Shown: in pieces, positions 11,901 through 23,900 of the stretch | Layout: every line of letters begins with the position of its first letter | Position numbering within the stretch: the stretch's first letter is position 1 | NCBI GenBank assembly: GCA_965240325.2 | Contig: OZ251222.1 | Coordinates: 4,216,001-4,280,000, forward strand | From: Rebecca billardiae RCC1528 | Lineage: Eukaryota; Protista; Haptophyta | Direction: 5' to 3' | Length of the DNA: 64,000 nucleotides | The notes under the pieces: model-generated | What the model was told of the DNA's origin: nothing | The model's database searches: none | Seen by the model: the letters and a program-made list of their open reading frames with translations, nothing else | Made by a program: the position numbers and the translations under genes

Positions 11901-14900
11901 GCGGGCTGGGCGGTGGCGATGGTGGCGGCGGCGATGGCGGTGGGCTCGGCGGCGGCGCTGGCGGCGGCGCGGGCGGCTGACTTGGTGGCGGTGACGGCGG
12001 CGGGCTGGGCGGCGGCGGGCTTGGCGGCGGTGACGGCGGCGGGCTCGGTGGCGGGCTCGGATCGGACGGCGGCGGCGATGGCGGCGGGCTCGGCGGCGGC
12101 GCTGGCGGCGGCGAGGGCGGCGGTGACGGCGGCGGCGACGGCGGCGGCGCCGGCAATGGCGGCGGCGGGCTGGGCGGCGGCGAGGGCGGCGGAGACGGTG
12201 GCGCCACGGGCGGTGGGCTCGGCGGTGGCGCAGGTGGAGGGCTCGGCGGCAGACCCGGCGGCGGCGAGGGTGGTGGCAATGGCGGAGGCGACGGCGGCGG
12301 CGACGGCAGCGGCGGCGGCGGGCTCGGAGGCGGCGATGGCGGTGGCGACGGCGGCGGTGATGGCGGCGGGCTCGGCGGTGGTGCCGGCGGCGCTGATGGC
12401 GGCGGTGACGGTGGCGGCGCGGGTGGTGGCAATGGTGGCGGGACAGGAACCGGCGGTGGCGGGCTCGGCGGTGGCGATGGCGGTGGGCTCGGTGGCGGAG
12501 ACGGCGGCGGAGACGGTGGTGGGGTTGGCGGCGGCGATGGAGGCGGGCTTGGTGGCGGGCTCGGTGGCGGGCTCGGTGGCGGTATCGGCGGCGGCGGCGA
12601 CGGCGGCGGGCTCGGCGGTGGAGATGGTGGCAGCGACGGTGGCGGTGATGGTGGTGGCGACGGTGGTGACGATGGTGGCGGCGACGGCGGCGGTGCTGGC
12701 GGTGCTGGCGGCGGGAACGGCTGCACGCGTGGCGGCGGCGGCGGCAGTGGCGGTGGCGATGGAGGCGGGCTGGGCGGTGGCGATGGCGGCGGGCTGGGCG
12801 GTGGCGATGGTGGCGGCGGCGATGGCGGTGGGCTCGGCGGCGGCGCTGGCGGCGGCGCGGGCGGCTGACTTGGTGGCGGTGACGGCGGCGGGCTGGGCGG
12901 CGGCGGGCTTGGCGGCGGTGACGGCGGCGGGCTCGGTGGCGGGCTCGGATCGGACGGCGGCGGCGATGGCGGCGGGCTCGGCGGCGGCGCTGGCGGCGGC
13001 GAGGGCGGCGGTGACGGCGGCGGCGACGGCGGCGGCGCCGGCAATGGCGGCGGCGGGCTGGGCGGCGGCGAGGGCGGCGGAGACGGTGGCGCCACGGGCG
13101 GTGGGCTCGGCGGTGGCGCAGGTGGAGGGCTTGGCGGCAGACCCGGCGGCGGCGAGGGTGGTGGCAATGGCGGAGGCGACGGCGGCGGAGAAGGCAGCGG
13201 CGGCGGCGGGCTCGGAGGCGGCGATGGCGGTGGCGACGGCGGCGGCGATGGCGGCGGGCTCGGCGGTGGTGCCGGCGGCGCTGATGGCGGCGGTGACGGT
13301 GGCGGCGCGGGTGGTGGCGACGGTGGCGGGACAGGAACCGGCGGTGGCGGGCTCGGCGGTGGCGATGGCGGTGGGCTCGGTGGCGGAGACGGCGGCGGAG
13401 ACGGTGGTGGGGTTGGCGGCGGCGATGGAGGCGGGCTTGGTGGCGGGCTCGGTGGCGGGCTCGGTGGCGGTGTCGGCGGCGGCGGCGACGGCGGCGGGCT
13501 CGGCGGTGGAGATGGTGGCGGCGACGGTGGCGGCGATGGTGGTGGCGACGGTGGTGGCGATGGCGGCGGCGACGGCGGCGGTGCTGGCGGCGACGGCGGC
13601 GGGAACGGCTGCACGCGCGGCGGCGGCGGCGGCAGTGGCGGTGGCGATGGCGGCGGGCTCGGCGGTGGTGATGGCGGCGGGCTGGGCGGTGGCGATGGTG
13701 GCGGCGGCGATGGCGGTGGGCTCGGCGGCGGCGCTGGTGGCGGCGCGGGCGGCTGACTTGGCGGCGGTGACGGTGGCGGGCTGGGCGGCGGCGGGCTCGG
13801 CGGCGGTGACGGCGGCGGGCTCGGTGGCGGGCTCGGATCGGACGGTGGCGGCGAGGGCGGCGGGCTCGGCGGAGGCGCTGGCGGCGGCGAGGGCGGCGGT
13901 GATGGCGGCGGCGACGGCGGCGGCGCCGGCAATGGCGGCGGCGGGCTGGGCGGCGGCGAGGGCGGCGGAGACGGTGGCACCACGGGCGGTGGGCTCGGCG
14001 GTGGCGCAGGTGGAGGGCTTGGCGGCAGACCCGGCGGCGGCGAGGGTGGTGGCAATGGCGGAGGCGACGGCGGCGGCGACGGCAGCGGCGGCGGCGGGCT
14101 CGGAGGCGGCGATGGCGGTGGCGACGGCGGCGGCGATGGCGGCGGGCTCGGCGGTGGTGCCGGCGGCACGGATGGCGGCGGTGACGGTGGCGGCGCGGGT
14201 GGTGGCGACGGTGGCGGGACAGGAACCGGCGGTGGCGGGCTCGGCGGTGGCGATGGCGGTGGGCTTGGCGGCGGAGACGGCGGCGGAGACGGTGGTGGGG
14301 TTGGCGGCGGCGATGGAGGCGGGCTTGGTGGCGGGCTCGGTGGCGGGCTCGGGGGCGGCAATGGTGGCGGCGGCGACGGCGGCGGGCTCGGCGGCGGGCT
14401 CGGCGGTGGAGACGGTGGCGGTGCCGGAGGTGGCGACGGTGGCGGCGATGGCGGCGGCGACGGCGGCGGTGCTGGCGGCGACGGTGGCGGGAACGGCTGC
14501 ACGCGTGGCGGCGGCGGCGGCAATGGCGGTGGCGATGGCGGCGGGCTGGGCGGTGGTGATGGCGGCGGACTGGGCGGCGGCGATGGCGGCGGTGGTGACG
14601 GTGGCGGGCTCGGCGGCGGCGCCGGCGGCAGCGAGGGCGGCGGGCTTGGCGGCGGCGCGGGCGGCGGGCTGGGCGGCGGTGGGCTCGGTGGCGGCGACGG
14701 CGGCGGGCTCGGTGGCGGGCTCGGATCGGACGGCGGCGGCGATGGCGGTGGGCCCGGCGGAGGCGCTGGCGGCGGCAAGGGCGGCGGTGACGGCGGCGGA
14801 GACGGCGGCGGCGCCGGCAATGGCGGCGGCGGGCTGGGCGGCGGCGAGGGCGGCGGAGACGGTGGCGCCATGGGCGGTGGGCTCGGCGGTGGCGCAGGTG

Positions 14901-17900
14901 GAGGGCTTGGCGGCAGACCCGGCGGCGGCGAGGGTGGTGGCAATGGCGGAGGCGACGGCGGCGGAGAAGGCAGAGGCGGCGGCGGGCTCGGAGGCGGCGA
15001 CGGCGGTGGGCTCGGCGGCGGCGATGGCGGCGGGCTCGGCGGTGGTGCCGGCGGCACGGATGGCGGCGGCGACGGTGGCGGCGCGGGTGGTGGTGACGGT
15101 GGCGGGACAGGAACCGGCGGTGGCGGGCTCGGCGGTGGCGATGGCGGTGGGCTTGGCGGCGGAGACGGCGGCGGAGACGGAGGTGGGGTTGGCGGCGGCG
15201 ATGGAGGCGGGCTTGGTGGCGGGCTCGGTGGCGGGCTCGGGGGCGGCAATGGTGGCGGCGGCGACGGCGGCGGGCTCGGCGACGGGCTCGGCGGTGGAGA
15301 CGGTGGCGGCGCCGGAGGTGGCGACGGTGGCGGCGATGGCGGCGGCGAGGGCGGCGGTGCTGGCGGCGACGGTGGCGGGAACGGCTGCACGCGTGGCGGC
15401 GGCGGCGGCAGTGGCGGTGGCGATGGCGGCGGGCTGGGCGGCGGTGACGGCGGCGGGCTGGGCGGCGGCGATGGCGGCGGTGGTGACGGTGGCGGGCTCG
15501 GCGGCGGCGGTGGCGGCGGTGCGGGCGGCGAGCTCGGCGGCGGTGACGGCGGCGGGCTCGGCGGTGGCGGGCTTGGCGGCGGTGACGGTGGCGGGCTCGG
15601 TGGCGGGCTCGGATCGGACGGCGGCGGAGAGGGCGGCGGGCTCGGCGGAGGTGCTGGCGGCGGTGAGGGCGGCGGTGAGGGCGGCGGCGACGGCGGCGGC
15701 GCCGGCAGAGGCGGCGGCGGGCTGGGCGGCGGCGAGGGCGGCGGAGACGGTGGCGCCACGGGCGGTGGGCTCGGCAGTGGCGCAGGCGGAGGACTCGGCG
15801 GCAGACCCGGCGGCGGCGAGGGCGGTGGCAATGGCGGAGGCGACGGCGGCGGAGACGGCAGCGGCGGCGGCGGGCTCGGAGGCGGCGACGGCGGTGGGCT
15901 CGGCGGCGGGCTTGGCGGCGGGCTTGGAGGTGGGCTTGGCGGCGCTGCCGGCGGCGGCGACGGTGGCGGCGCAGGCGGTGGCGACGGCGGAGGCAGCGGC
16001 AACGGAGGCGGCGGGCTTGGAGGTGGGCTTGGCGGTGGGCTCGGCGGTGGAAACGGCGGTGGGCTCGGCGGCGGCGACGGCGGCGGAGATGGCGGAGGAC
16101 TCGGTGGCGGGCTCGGTGGCGGCGACGGTGGCGGGGAAGGTGGCGGCGGTGATGGCGGCGGCCTCGGCGGTGGTGACGGTGGCGGTGACGGTGGCGGCGC
16201 CGGCGGCGGTGATGGCGGCGGCGATGGCGGCGGCGACGGCGGCGGTGCTGGCGGCGACGGCGGTGGGAACGGCTCCGCGCGCGGCGGCGGCGGCGGCAGT
16301 GGCGGTGGCGATGGTGGCGGGCTGGGCGGTGGTGAAGGCGGCGGGCTGGGCGGCGGCGACGGTGGCGGCGGCGATGGCGGTGGGCTCGGCGGCGGCACTG
16401 GCGGCAGCGAGGGCGGCGGGCTCGGCGGCGGCGCGGGCGGTGGGCTCGGCGGTGGCGGGCTCGGCGGCGGTGACGGCGGCGGGCTCGGTGGCGGGCTCGG
16501 ATCGGACGGCGGCGGAGAGGGCGGCGGGCTCGGCGGAGGTGCTGGCGGCGGTGAGGGCGGCGGTGACGGCGGCGGCGACGGCGGCGGCGCCGGCAATGGC
16601 GGCGGCGGGCTGGGCGGCGGCGAGGGCGGCGGAGACGGTGGCACCACGGGCGGTGGGCTCGGCGGTGGCGCAGGTGGAGGGCTTGGCGGCAGACCCGGCG
16701 GCGGCGAGGGCGGTGGCAATGGCGGAGGCGACGGCGGCGGAGACGGCAGCGGCGGCGGCGGGCTCGGAGGCGGCGACGGCGGTGGGCTCGGCGGCGGGCT
16801 TGGCGGCGGGCTTGGAGGTGGGCTTGGCGGCACTGCCGGCGGCGGCGACGGTGGCGGCGCGGGTGGTGGCGACGGTGGCGGGACAGGAACCGGCGGTGGC
16901 GGGCTCGGCGGTGGCGATGGCGGTGGGCTTGGCGGCGAAGACGGCGGCGGAGACGGAGGTGGGGTTGGCGGCGGCGATGGCGGTGGGCTTGGTGGCGGGC
17001 TCGGGGGCGGCGACGGCGGAGGCAGCGGCGGCGGCGGCGACGGCGGCGGGCTCGGCGGCGGGCTCGGCGGTGGAGACGGTGGCGGCGCCGGAGGTGGCGA
17101 CGGTGGCGGCGATGGCGGCGGCGACGGCGGCGGTGCTGGCGGGGACGGTGGCGGGAACGGCTGCACGCGCGGCGGTGGCGGCGGCAGCGGTGGCGGCGAC
17201 GGTGGCGGGCTGGGCGGCGGCGACGGCGGTGGACTGGGGGGTGGTGATGGTGGCGGTGGCGATGGAGGCGGGGTCGGCGGCGGCGCCGGCGGCGGCGAGG
17301 GCGGCGGGCTTGGCGGGGGTGACGGCGGCGGGCTCGGCGGCGGCGGGCTCGGCGGAGGATACGGCGGCGGGCTCGGCGGCGGGCTCGGGTTGGATGGCGG
17401 CGGCGACGGTGGCGGGCTTGGCGGCGGCGCTGGCGGAGTCAATGGCGGTGGTGACGGCGGCGGTGATGGCGGAGGCCGTGGCAATGGCGGCGGCGGGCTT
17501 GGTGGCGGCGCTGGCGGCGGAGACGGCGGTACGGTAGGCGGCGGGCTCGGCGGCGGCGTAGGTGGCGCCACTGGTGGAGGACTCGGGGGCGGCGATGGAG
17601 GCGGTGAAGGCGGCGGCGAAGGCGGCGGAGTCGGCGCGGGCGGCGGCGGGCTCGGTGGCGGCGACGGTGGTGGCGAGGGCGGCGGCGACGGCGGCGGGCT
17701 CGGCGGTGGCACAGGAGGCGTCGCCGGTGGCGGTGACGGCGGCGGCACGGGTGGTGGCGATGGCGGCGGCAGCGGCACTGGCGGCGGCGGGCTGGGTGGC
17801 GGCGACGGCGGTGGGCTCGGTGGCGGCGCCGGGGGCTGAGCCGGCGGCGGGCTCGGTGGCGGAGATGGCGGGGGGCTCGGCGGCGGGCTCGGTGGAGGCG

Positions 17901-20900
17901 AAGGTGGCGGTGCGGGTGGTGGCGGCGATGGCGGCGGCGATGGCGGCGGAGACGGAGGCAGTGCGGGTGGCGGCGAAGGCGGCGGCGACGGTGGCGGCGC
18001 CGGCGGCGGCGATGGAGGCGGCGCCGGCGGCGAGGGTGGCGGGAACGGCTCTGCGCGCGGCGGTGGCGGCGGCAGCGGCGGTGGCGAGGGCGGTGGGCTG
18101 GGCGGCGGTGAGGGCGGCGGGCTCGGCGGAGGGAACGGTGGCGGCGGCGAGGGCGGCGGGCTCGGTGGCGGCGCTGGCGGCGGCGAGGGTGGCGGGCTCG
18201 GTGGAGGGCTGGGCGGCGGGCTCGGTGGTGGCGGGCTCGGTGGCGGGGCTGGTGGCGGGCTGGGTGGCGGGCTGGGCGCGGCTGGTGGCGGCGAGGGTGG
18301 CGGGCTGGGCGGAGGGGCCGGGGGTGCGAGCGGTGGTGGCGATGGCGGGGGCGATGGCGGCGGTCGAGGAAGCGGCGGCGGCGGGCTTGGCGGCGGCGAG
18401 GGTGGCGGGCTTGGCGGCGGTGACGGTGGTGCCGCCGGCGGCGGAGACGGCGGGGGCGACGGCTGCGCCGCTGTTGGCGGCGGGCTTGGCGGTGGCGCCG
18501 GCGGCGGGCTTGGTGGAGGCGCCGGTGGCGGGCTCGGCGGCGGCTGTGGCAACGGCGGCGGCGGACTCGGCGGCGGCGACGGCGGCGGGCTCGGCGGCGG
18601 CGCCGGCGGCGGCACTGGTGGCGGTGATGGCGGCGACGCAGGCGGGGGCGAAGGTGGCGGCGCGGGCGGTGGAGAGGGCGGGGGCACCGGAAGCGGCGGT
18701 GGCGGGCTTGGCGGCGGCGACGGCGGCGGGCTCGGGGGTGGCGACGGCGGTGGTGCCGGCGGCGCCTGTGGCGGCGGCGATGGCGGCGGCGATGGCGGCG
18801 GCGGGCTGGGCGGTGGGCTCGGCGGCGGCGTGGGTGGCGGACTTGGCGGCGGCGCGGGCGGCGGTGACGGTGGCGGCGAGGGCGGCGGCGAGGGCGGCGG
18901 CGCTGGGGGCGACGGTGGAGGGAACGGCTCTGCACGCGGCGGGGGCGGTGGCAGCGGCGGCGGCGAAGGAGGTGGCGACGGCGGCGGCGACGGTGGCGGC
19001 GACGGTGGAGGCGCAGGCGGCGGAGGGCTCGGCGGCGGGCTCGGCGGCAGGCTGGGCGGTGGCGGGCTCGGCGGCGGCGACGGCGGCGGACTGGGCGGTG
19101 GACGCGGCGCCGCTGGTGGCGGCGACGGCGGCGGGCTGGGCGGCGGGCTAGGTGGAGGCGATGGTGGAGGCGACGGCGGTGGGGACGGTGGCGGCCGCGG
19201 CAGCGGCGGCGGCGGGCTGGGCGGCGGCGACGGCGGCGAGCTGGGCGGCGGGCTGGGCGGCAGCGCAGGCGGCGGCGATGGTGGCGGTCGCGGCAGCGGT
19301 GGGGGCGGGCTCGGCGGCGGCGAGGGCGGCGGGCTCGGCGGCGGCGCCGGCGGCGGCACTGGCGGTGGGCTGGGCGGCGGGCTCGGCGGCGGCGCGGGCG
19401 GCGGTGAGGGCGGCGGCACGGGCGGCGGCGATGGTGGCGGTCGCGGCAGCGGAGGCGGCGGGCTCGGCGGTGGCGACGGCGGCGGGCTGGGAGGCGGCGA
19501 CGGCGGCGGCGACGGCGGCGACCGTGGGGGCGGCGACGGCGGTGGAAGGGGTGGCGGGCTCGGTGGCGGGCTCGGCGGCGGTGGGCTCGGTGGAGGGCTC
19601 GGCGGCGGCGCTGGCGGCGGGCTGGGCGGCGGCGCGGGCGGGAGCGACGGCGGCGGCGACGGCGGCGGCGATGGCGGCGGGGCCGGCGGCGACGGTGGCG
19701 GGAACGGCTCCGCGCGCGGCGGCGGCGGAGGCAGCGGCGGCGGCGACGGCGGCGGGCTCGGCGGCGGCGACGGCGGCGGCCGCGGCGGCGGGGATGGCGG
19801 GGGCGGCGACGGTGGTGGACTCGGCGGTGGCGCTGGTGGCAGCGCTGGCGGCGGGCTCGGCGGTGGGCTTGGCGGCGGGCTTGGCGGCGGCGGGCTCGGC
19901 GGCGGCGACGGCGGTGGGCTCGGCGGCGGGCTCGGCGCAGCCGGCGGCGGCGATGGCGGCGGGCTTGGCGGTGGCCCCGGCGGCGGCGACGGCGGCGGCG
20001 ATGGCGGCGGCGACGGCGGGAGCTGCGGCAGCGGCGGAGGCGGGCTGGGCGGCGGCGACGGCGGTGGGCTTGGTGGTGGTGAGGGCGGCGGCGCGGGCGG
20101 CGGCGACGGCGGAGGCAAAGGCTGCGCCTGCGGGGGCGGGCTTGGCGGCGGCGCTGGTGGTGGGCTCGGCGGCGGCGCGGGCGGCGGGGACGGCGGCGGA
20201 GCGGGCGGTGGGCCGGGAGGCGCCTGCGGCGGCGGGCTCGGAGGCGGCGACGGCGGCGGTGCGGGCGGCGGCGATGGCGGCGGACTCGGAGGCGGAGACG
20301 GCGGCGGTGCGGGCGGCGGCGATGGCGGCGGGGACGGCGGCGGTGGGCTCGGCGGCGGACTCGGCGGCGGCGCGGGCGGAGGGTGCGGCGGCGGGGACGG
20401 CGGCGGCACCGGCGGTGGTGGGCTCGGTGGTGGGCTCGGTGGCGGCGACGGTGGCGGGCTCGGCGGTGGTGCCGGCGGCGGCGATGGCGGCGGGCTCGGC
20501 GGCGGCGACGGCGGCGGCTTTGGCGGCGATGGCGGTGGGAACGGCTCCGCGCGCGGCGGCGGCGGCGGGAGCGGCGGCGGCGACGGCGGCGGGCTGGGTG
20601 GCGGCGACGGTGGCGGCGACGGTGGCGGCGTGGGCGGCGGCGGGCTAGGCGGCGGGCTTGGTGGCGGCGCAGGCGGCGGCACAGGTGGCGGGCTCGGCGG
20701 CGGGCTCGGCGGCTGCGAAGGCGGCGGCGGGCTCGGCGGCGGCGAGGGCGGCGGCGAGGGCGGCGGCGAGGGTGAGAGCGGCGGTGGAGACGGCGGCGGG
20801 GATGGCGGCGGACTCGGCGGCGGCGGGCTCGGCGGCGGCGAGGGCGGCGGGCTCGGCGGCGGCGATGGCAACGAGGGCGGCGGCGACGGCGGTGGGCTGG

Positions 20901-23900
20901 GCGGCGGCTGAGGTGGCGGGCTGGGCGGTGGGTCGGGGGGCGGGGCTGGCGGCGGGCTGGGCGGCGGTGTCGGCACCGGTGGAGGTGGGCTCGGCGGCGG
21001 GCTCGGCGGCGGGCTCGGCGGCGGGCTCGGCGGTGGCAGCGGTGGTGGTGACGGCGGCGGCGGGCTGGGCGGCGGGCTGGGCGGCGGGCTGGGCGGTGGC
21101 GACGGCGGCGCGCCTGGCGGCGGCGACGGCGGCGGCGACGGCGGCGGCGACGGCAGGGGTGGCGGCGGGCTGGGCGGCGGGCTGGGCGGCGGGCTGGGCG
21201 GCGGGCTGGGCGGCGCGGCCGGTGGCGGGCTCGGCGGCGGGCTCGGCGGCGGGCTCGGCGGCGGACCGGGAGGCGGGCTCGGCGGCGGGCTCGGCGGCGG
21301 GCTCGGCGGCGGACCGGGAGGCGGGCTCGGCGGCGGGCTCGGCGGCGGCGCCGGCGGCGGCGCCGGCGGCGGCAGCGGCGGCGGCGGGCTCGGCGGCGGC
21401 GACGGCGGCGGGCTCGGCGGCGGGCTCGGCGGCGGGCTGGGCGGCGGGCTGGGCGGCGGGCTGGGCGGCGGGCTGGGCGGCGGCGGGCTGGGCGGCGGGC
21501 TCGGCGGCGGCGCCGGGCTCGGCGGCGGCGACGGCGGCGGCAGCGGCGGCGGCGGCAGCGGCGGGCCGACGACCACCGTGCGCATCAGCGGCTCGAACGA
21601 GTAGCCAAAGCTCGCGTACGGCTGCGCGGACGAGCCGAGGAACGGGAAGAGGCGCTCCGTGTCCGACTCGCCGAGCGCGTCCGTCGTCTCGACGATGACG
21701 GACACGCCGATCGAGCCGCCGATCGAGGGCCAGCCGCCGCTCGGGTACACGCCGAGCGTGAAGACGCCGTCCGCGTAGCTCGCGCGCCCCACCCAGTAGC
21801 CCTGCGTCGAGGTGCCGTTGTCGGTGCCGTTCACGTACACGGGCGTGTACGACGCGGCGCCCATCTCGACCTCGAACAGCACCGCCGTCTGCGAGTCGTC
21901 GGTCTGCGCGTTCTTGTGCGTCGTCAGCGCGACGCTCACGAGCAGCGGCACGCTCGAGCCCACGCTGATCTCCTCGCTCGAGATGTTGTACCCGCTGAGC
22001 AGCCGGTACTTGCCCGCGACCGCGAGCAGCAGGTAGAGCACGTCCCCTGCGGACGTCGAGCCGTCGAGCGTCGGGTCGAGCGCGTGCGTGCACGCGGAGG
22101 AGACGGCGGCCGAGTCGCCCGCGACGTACTGCGAGAGCACACGCACGTCGTACGAGGTGAGCACCGCGTCGCCGCTCACGTCGCCCGCGACGCGGTGGGC
22201 GCACTGCGCGCTCTGCGCGAGCTGGCGGCCGCCGGGCGGCGAGCGGCGCGCGCGCGCCGTGGGCGCGGCGCGCGCGCCCAGCGCCTGCCGCTCGCGCAGC
22301 GCGGCGAGCGCGCGGCGGCGCGAGAGCGTGGTCGTGACCGAGCCGGCGCCCGCGACGATCGGCTCGTTCTGCACGCGCTGCTCGGCCGAGCCGTCCGCCG
22401 CGGCGGTGACGAGCTCGACGATCGTGCCGCCGAGCGCGGTGGTGGTGGCCGCCTGCACGCTGAACGTGACGGTGCCGACGTCGACGGTGCCGCTCGCGCT
22501 CGCGGCGTCGGTGTTGCCCACGATCGTGACCAGGTCGAGCGGGTCGTTGATCGTGCACACCGCCCACGACAGCTCGACCACGCACGCGCTCGCCAGCAGC
22601 GCGGCCGAGTCGATCTCGATCTCGATCTGAAAGTTGTATGCGTACACGGCCGCGCTGCCCGTGTGGATGCGCACCGGCACAGAGACGGTCGAGCCGGACT
22701 GCGCGAGCTGCTGCCCGCTCGACGCGCCGAGGTCGACGTCGTACGCGGCGGGCTCGAGGTTGGCGTACAGCGCCAGCTGGGCGGACGCGCCGCCCGCGTC
22801 GAGCGCCGTCGCCGTGAGCGTGACCTGCCCCGCGCTGTTGCCGAGCAGCGTGGCGACGCCGTCCGCGCGCACGCTGATCGACCCGTCGTCGGTCGAGAAG
22901 GCGGCGAGCTCGGAGGGGGAGACGAAGCCGAGCGCGCCGACGTCGGTGAGCACGGTGCCGTCGCTCAGCGTCGCGTCGAGCTGCAGCGCGCTCGAGCTGC
23001 CGTTCACGCCGGACAGCGTGCCGCCACTGCCGCCGCTCAGCGCGAGGGCGCTAATGCCCAGCCGCTCGGCGCTCACGCCCAGCGGCGCGCTCGCGGAGAG
23101 CGAGCCGGCCCACACGGCGGTGATGAGCGCCGAGCCGTCGGCGACGCCGGCGACGAGCGCGCCGTCGACGCTCGCGACCGCCGTGTCGTTCGAGCTCACG
23201 CTCACGTGCGCGCTCGCGTCGAGCACGCTCCCGTCCGAGAGCGTCGCGCTCGCGGAGACGGCGGCGCGCTGGAAGGCCGAGCTGGCGCCGATGCGGCGGA
23301 GCGTGCTCACGCTCACGGCGCTCGAGCCGTCGTACGCGGGCGAGGGCGAGAGGCTGAGCGCGAGCGCGCTCGCCGTGACGACGGGCACGCCCTCCTGCCG
23401 CGTGAGGCCGTAGTACTCGATGGCCGCCTGCACGACGATGGACGCGCACGCCGCGCCCGGCAGCACGCTCACGCCCGTGCCGCCGCCGCCGAGCGTCGCG
23501 CACGCGGCGCTGCCGTTGGCCAGCGTGATGTTGGTGCGCGCGTCGGTCGTGAGGTCGGCCGAGGTGCCGTCGGCGAAGCCGACGCTCACGCTCACGTTGA
23601 AGTAGCTCGGCAGCGACGCCGGCGCGCTCGTCGCCGCGTCGCCCGGCGGCGAGACGCGCGCCTGCGTGAGCTGCACGCTGACGCTGCTCGGCGGCGGCAG
23701 CTGCACGCGCACCTTGCCGCGCCCGCTCGCGAGCGCGGCGCCGCAGCCGTCGAGCCACGAGGCCTCGAGCAGGTACCCCTCGGCCGAGGCGGCGAGGCTC
23801 GCCACCGTCGCCGTCCACAGCGCGCCCTCCGCCGCGGGCGGCGCCACGCTCAGGCTGGGCGTGCGGCTGCTCAGGCTGACGTTGGGCGCGGGCACCTCGT

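Noticed and set aside
1-20600. Regularly spaced gggaacggctc motif as a CRISPR array or non-coding satellite
   Set aside because: Spacers are hundreds of bp, repetitive and multiples of 3; the motif varies synonymously around RxxPF; no cas genes are present.
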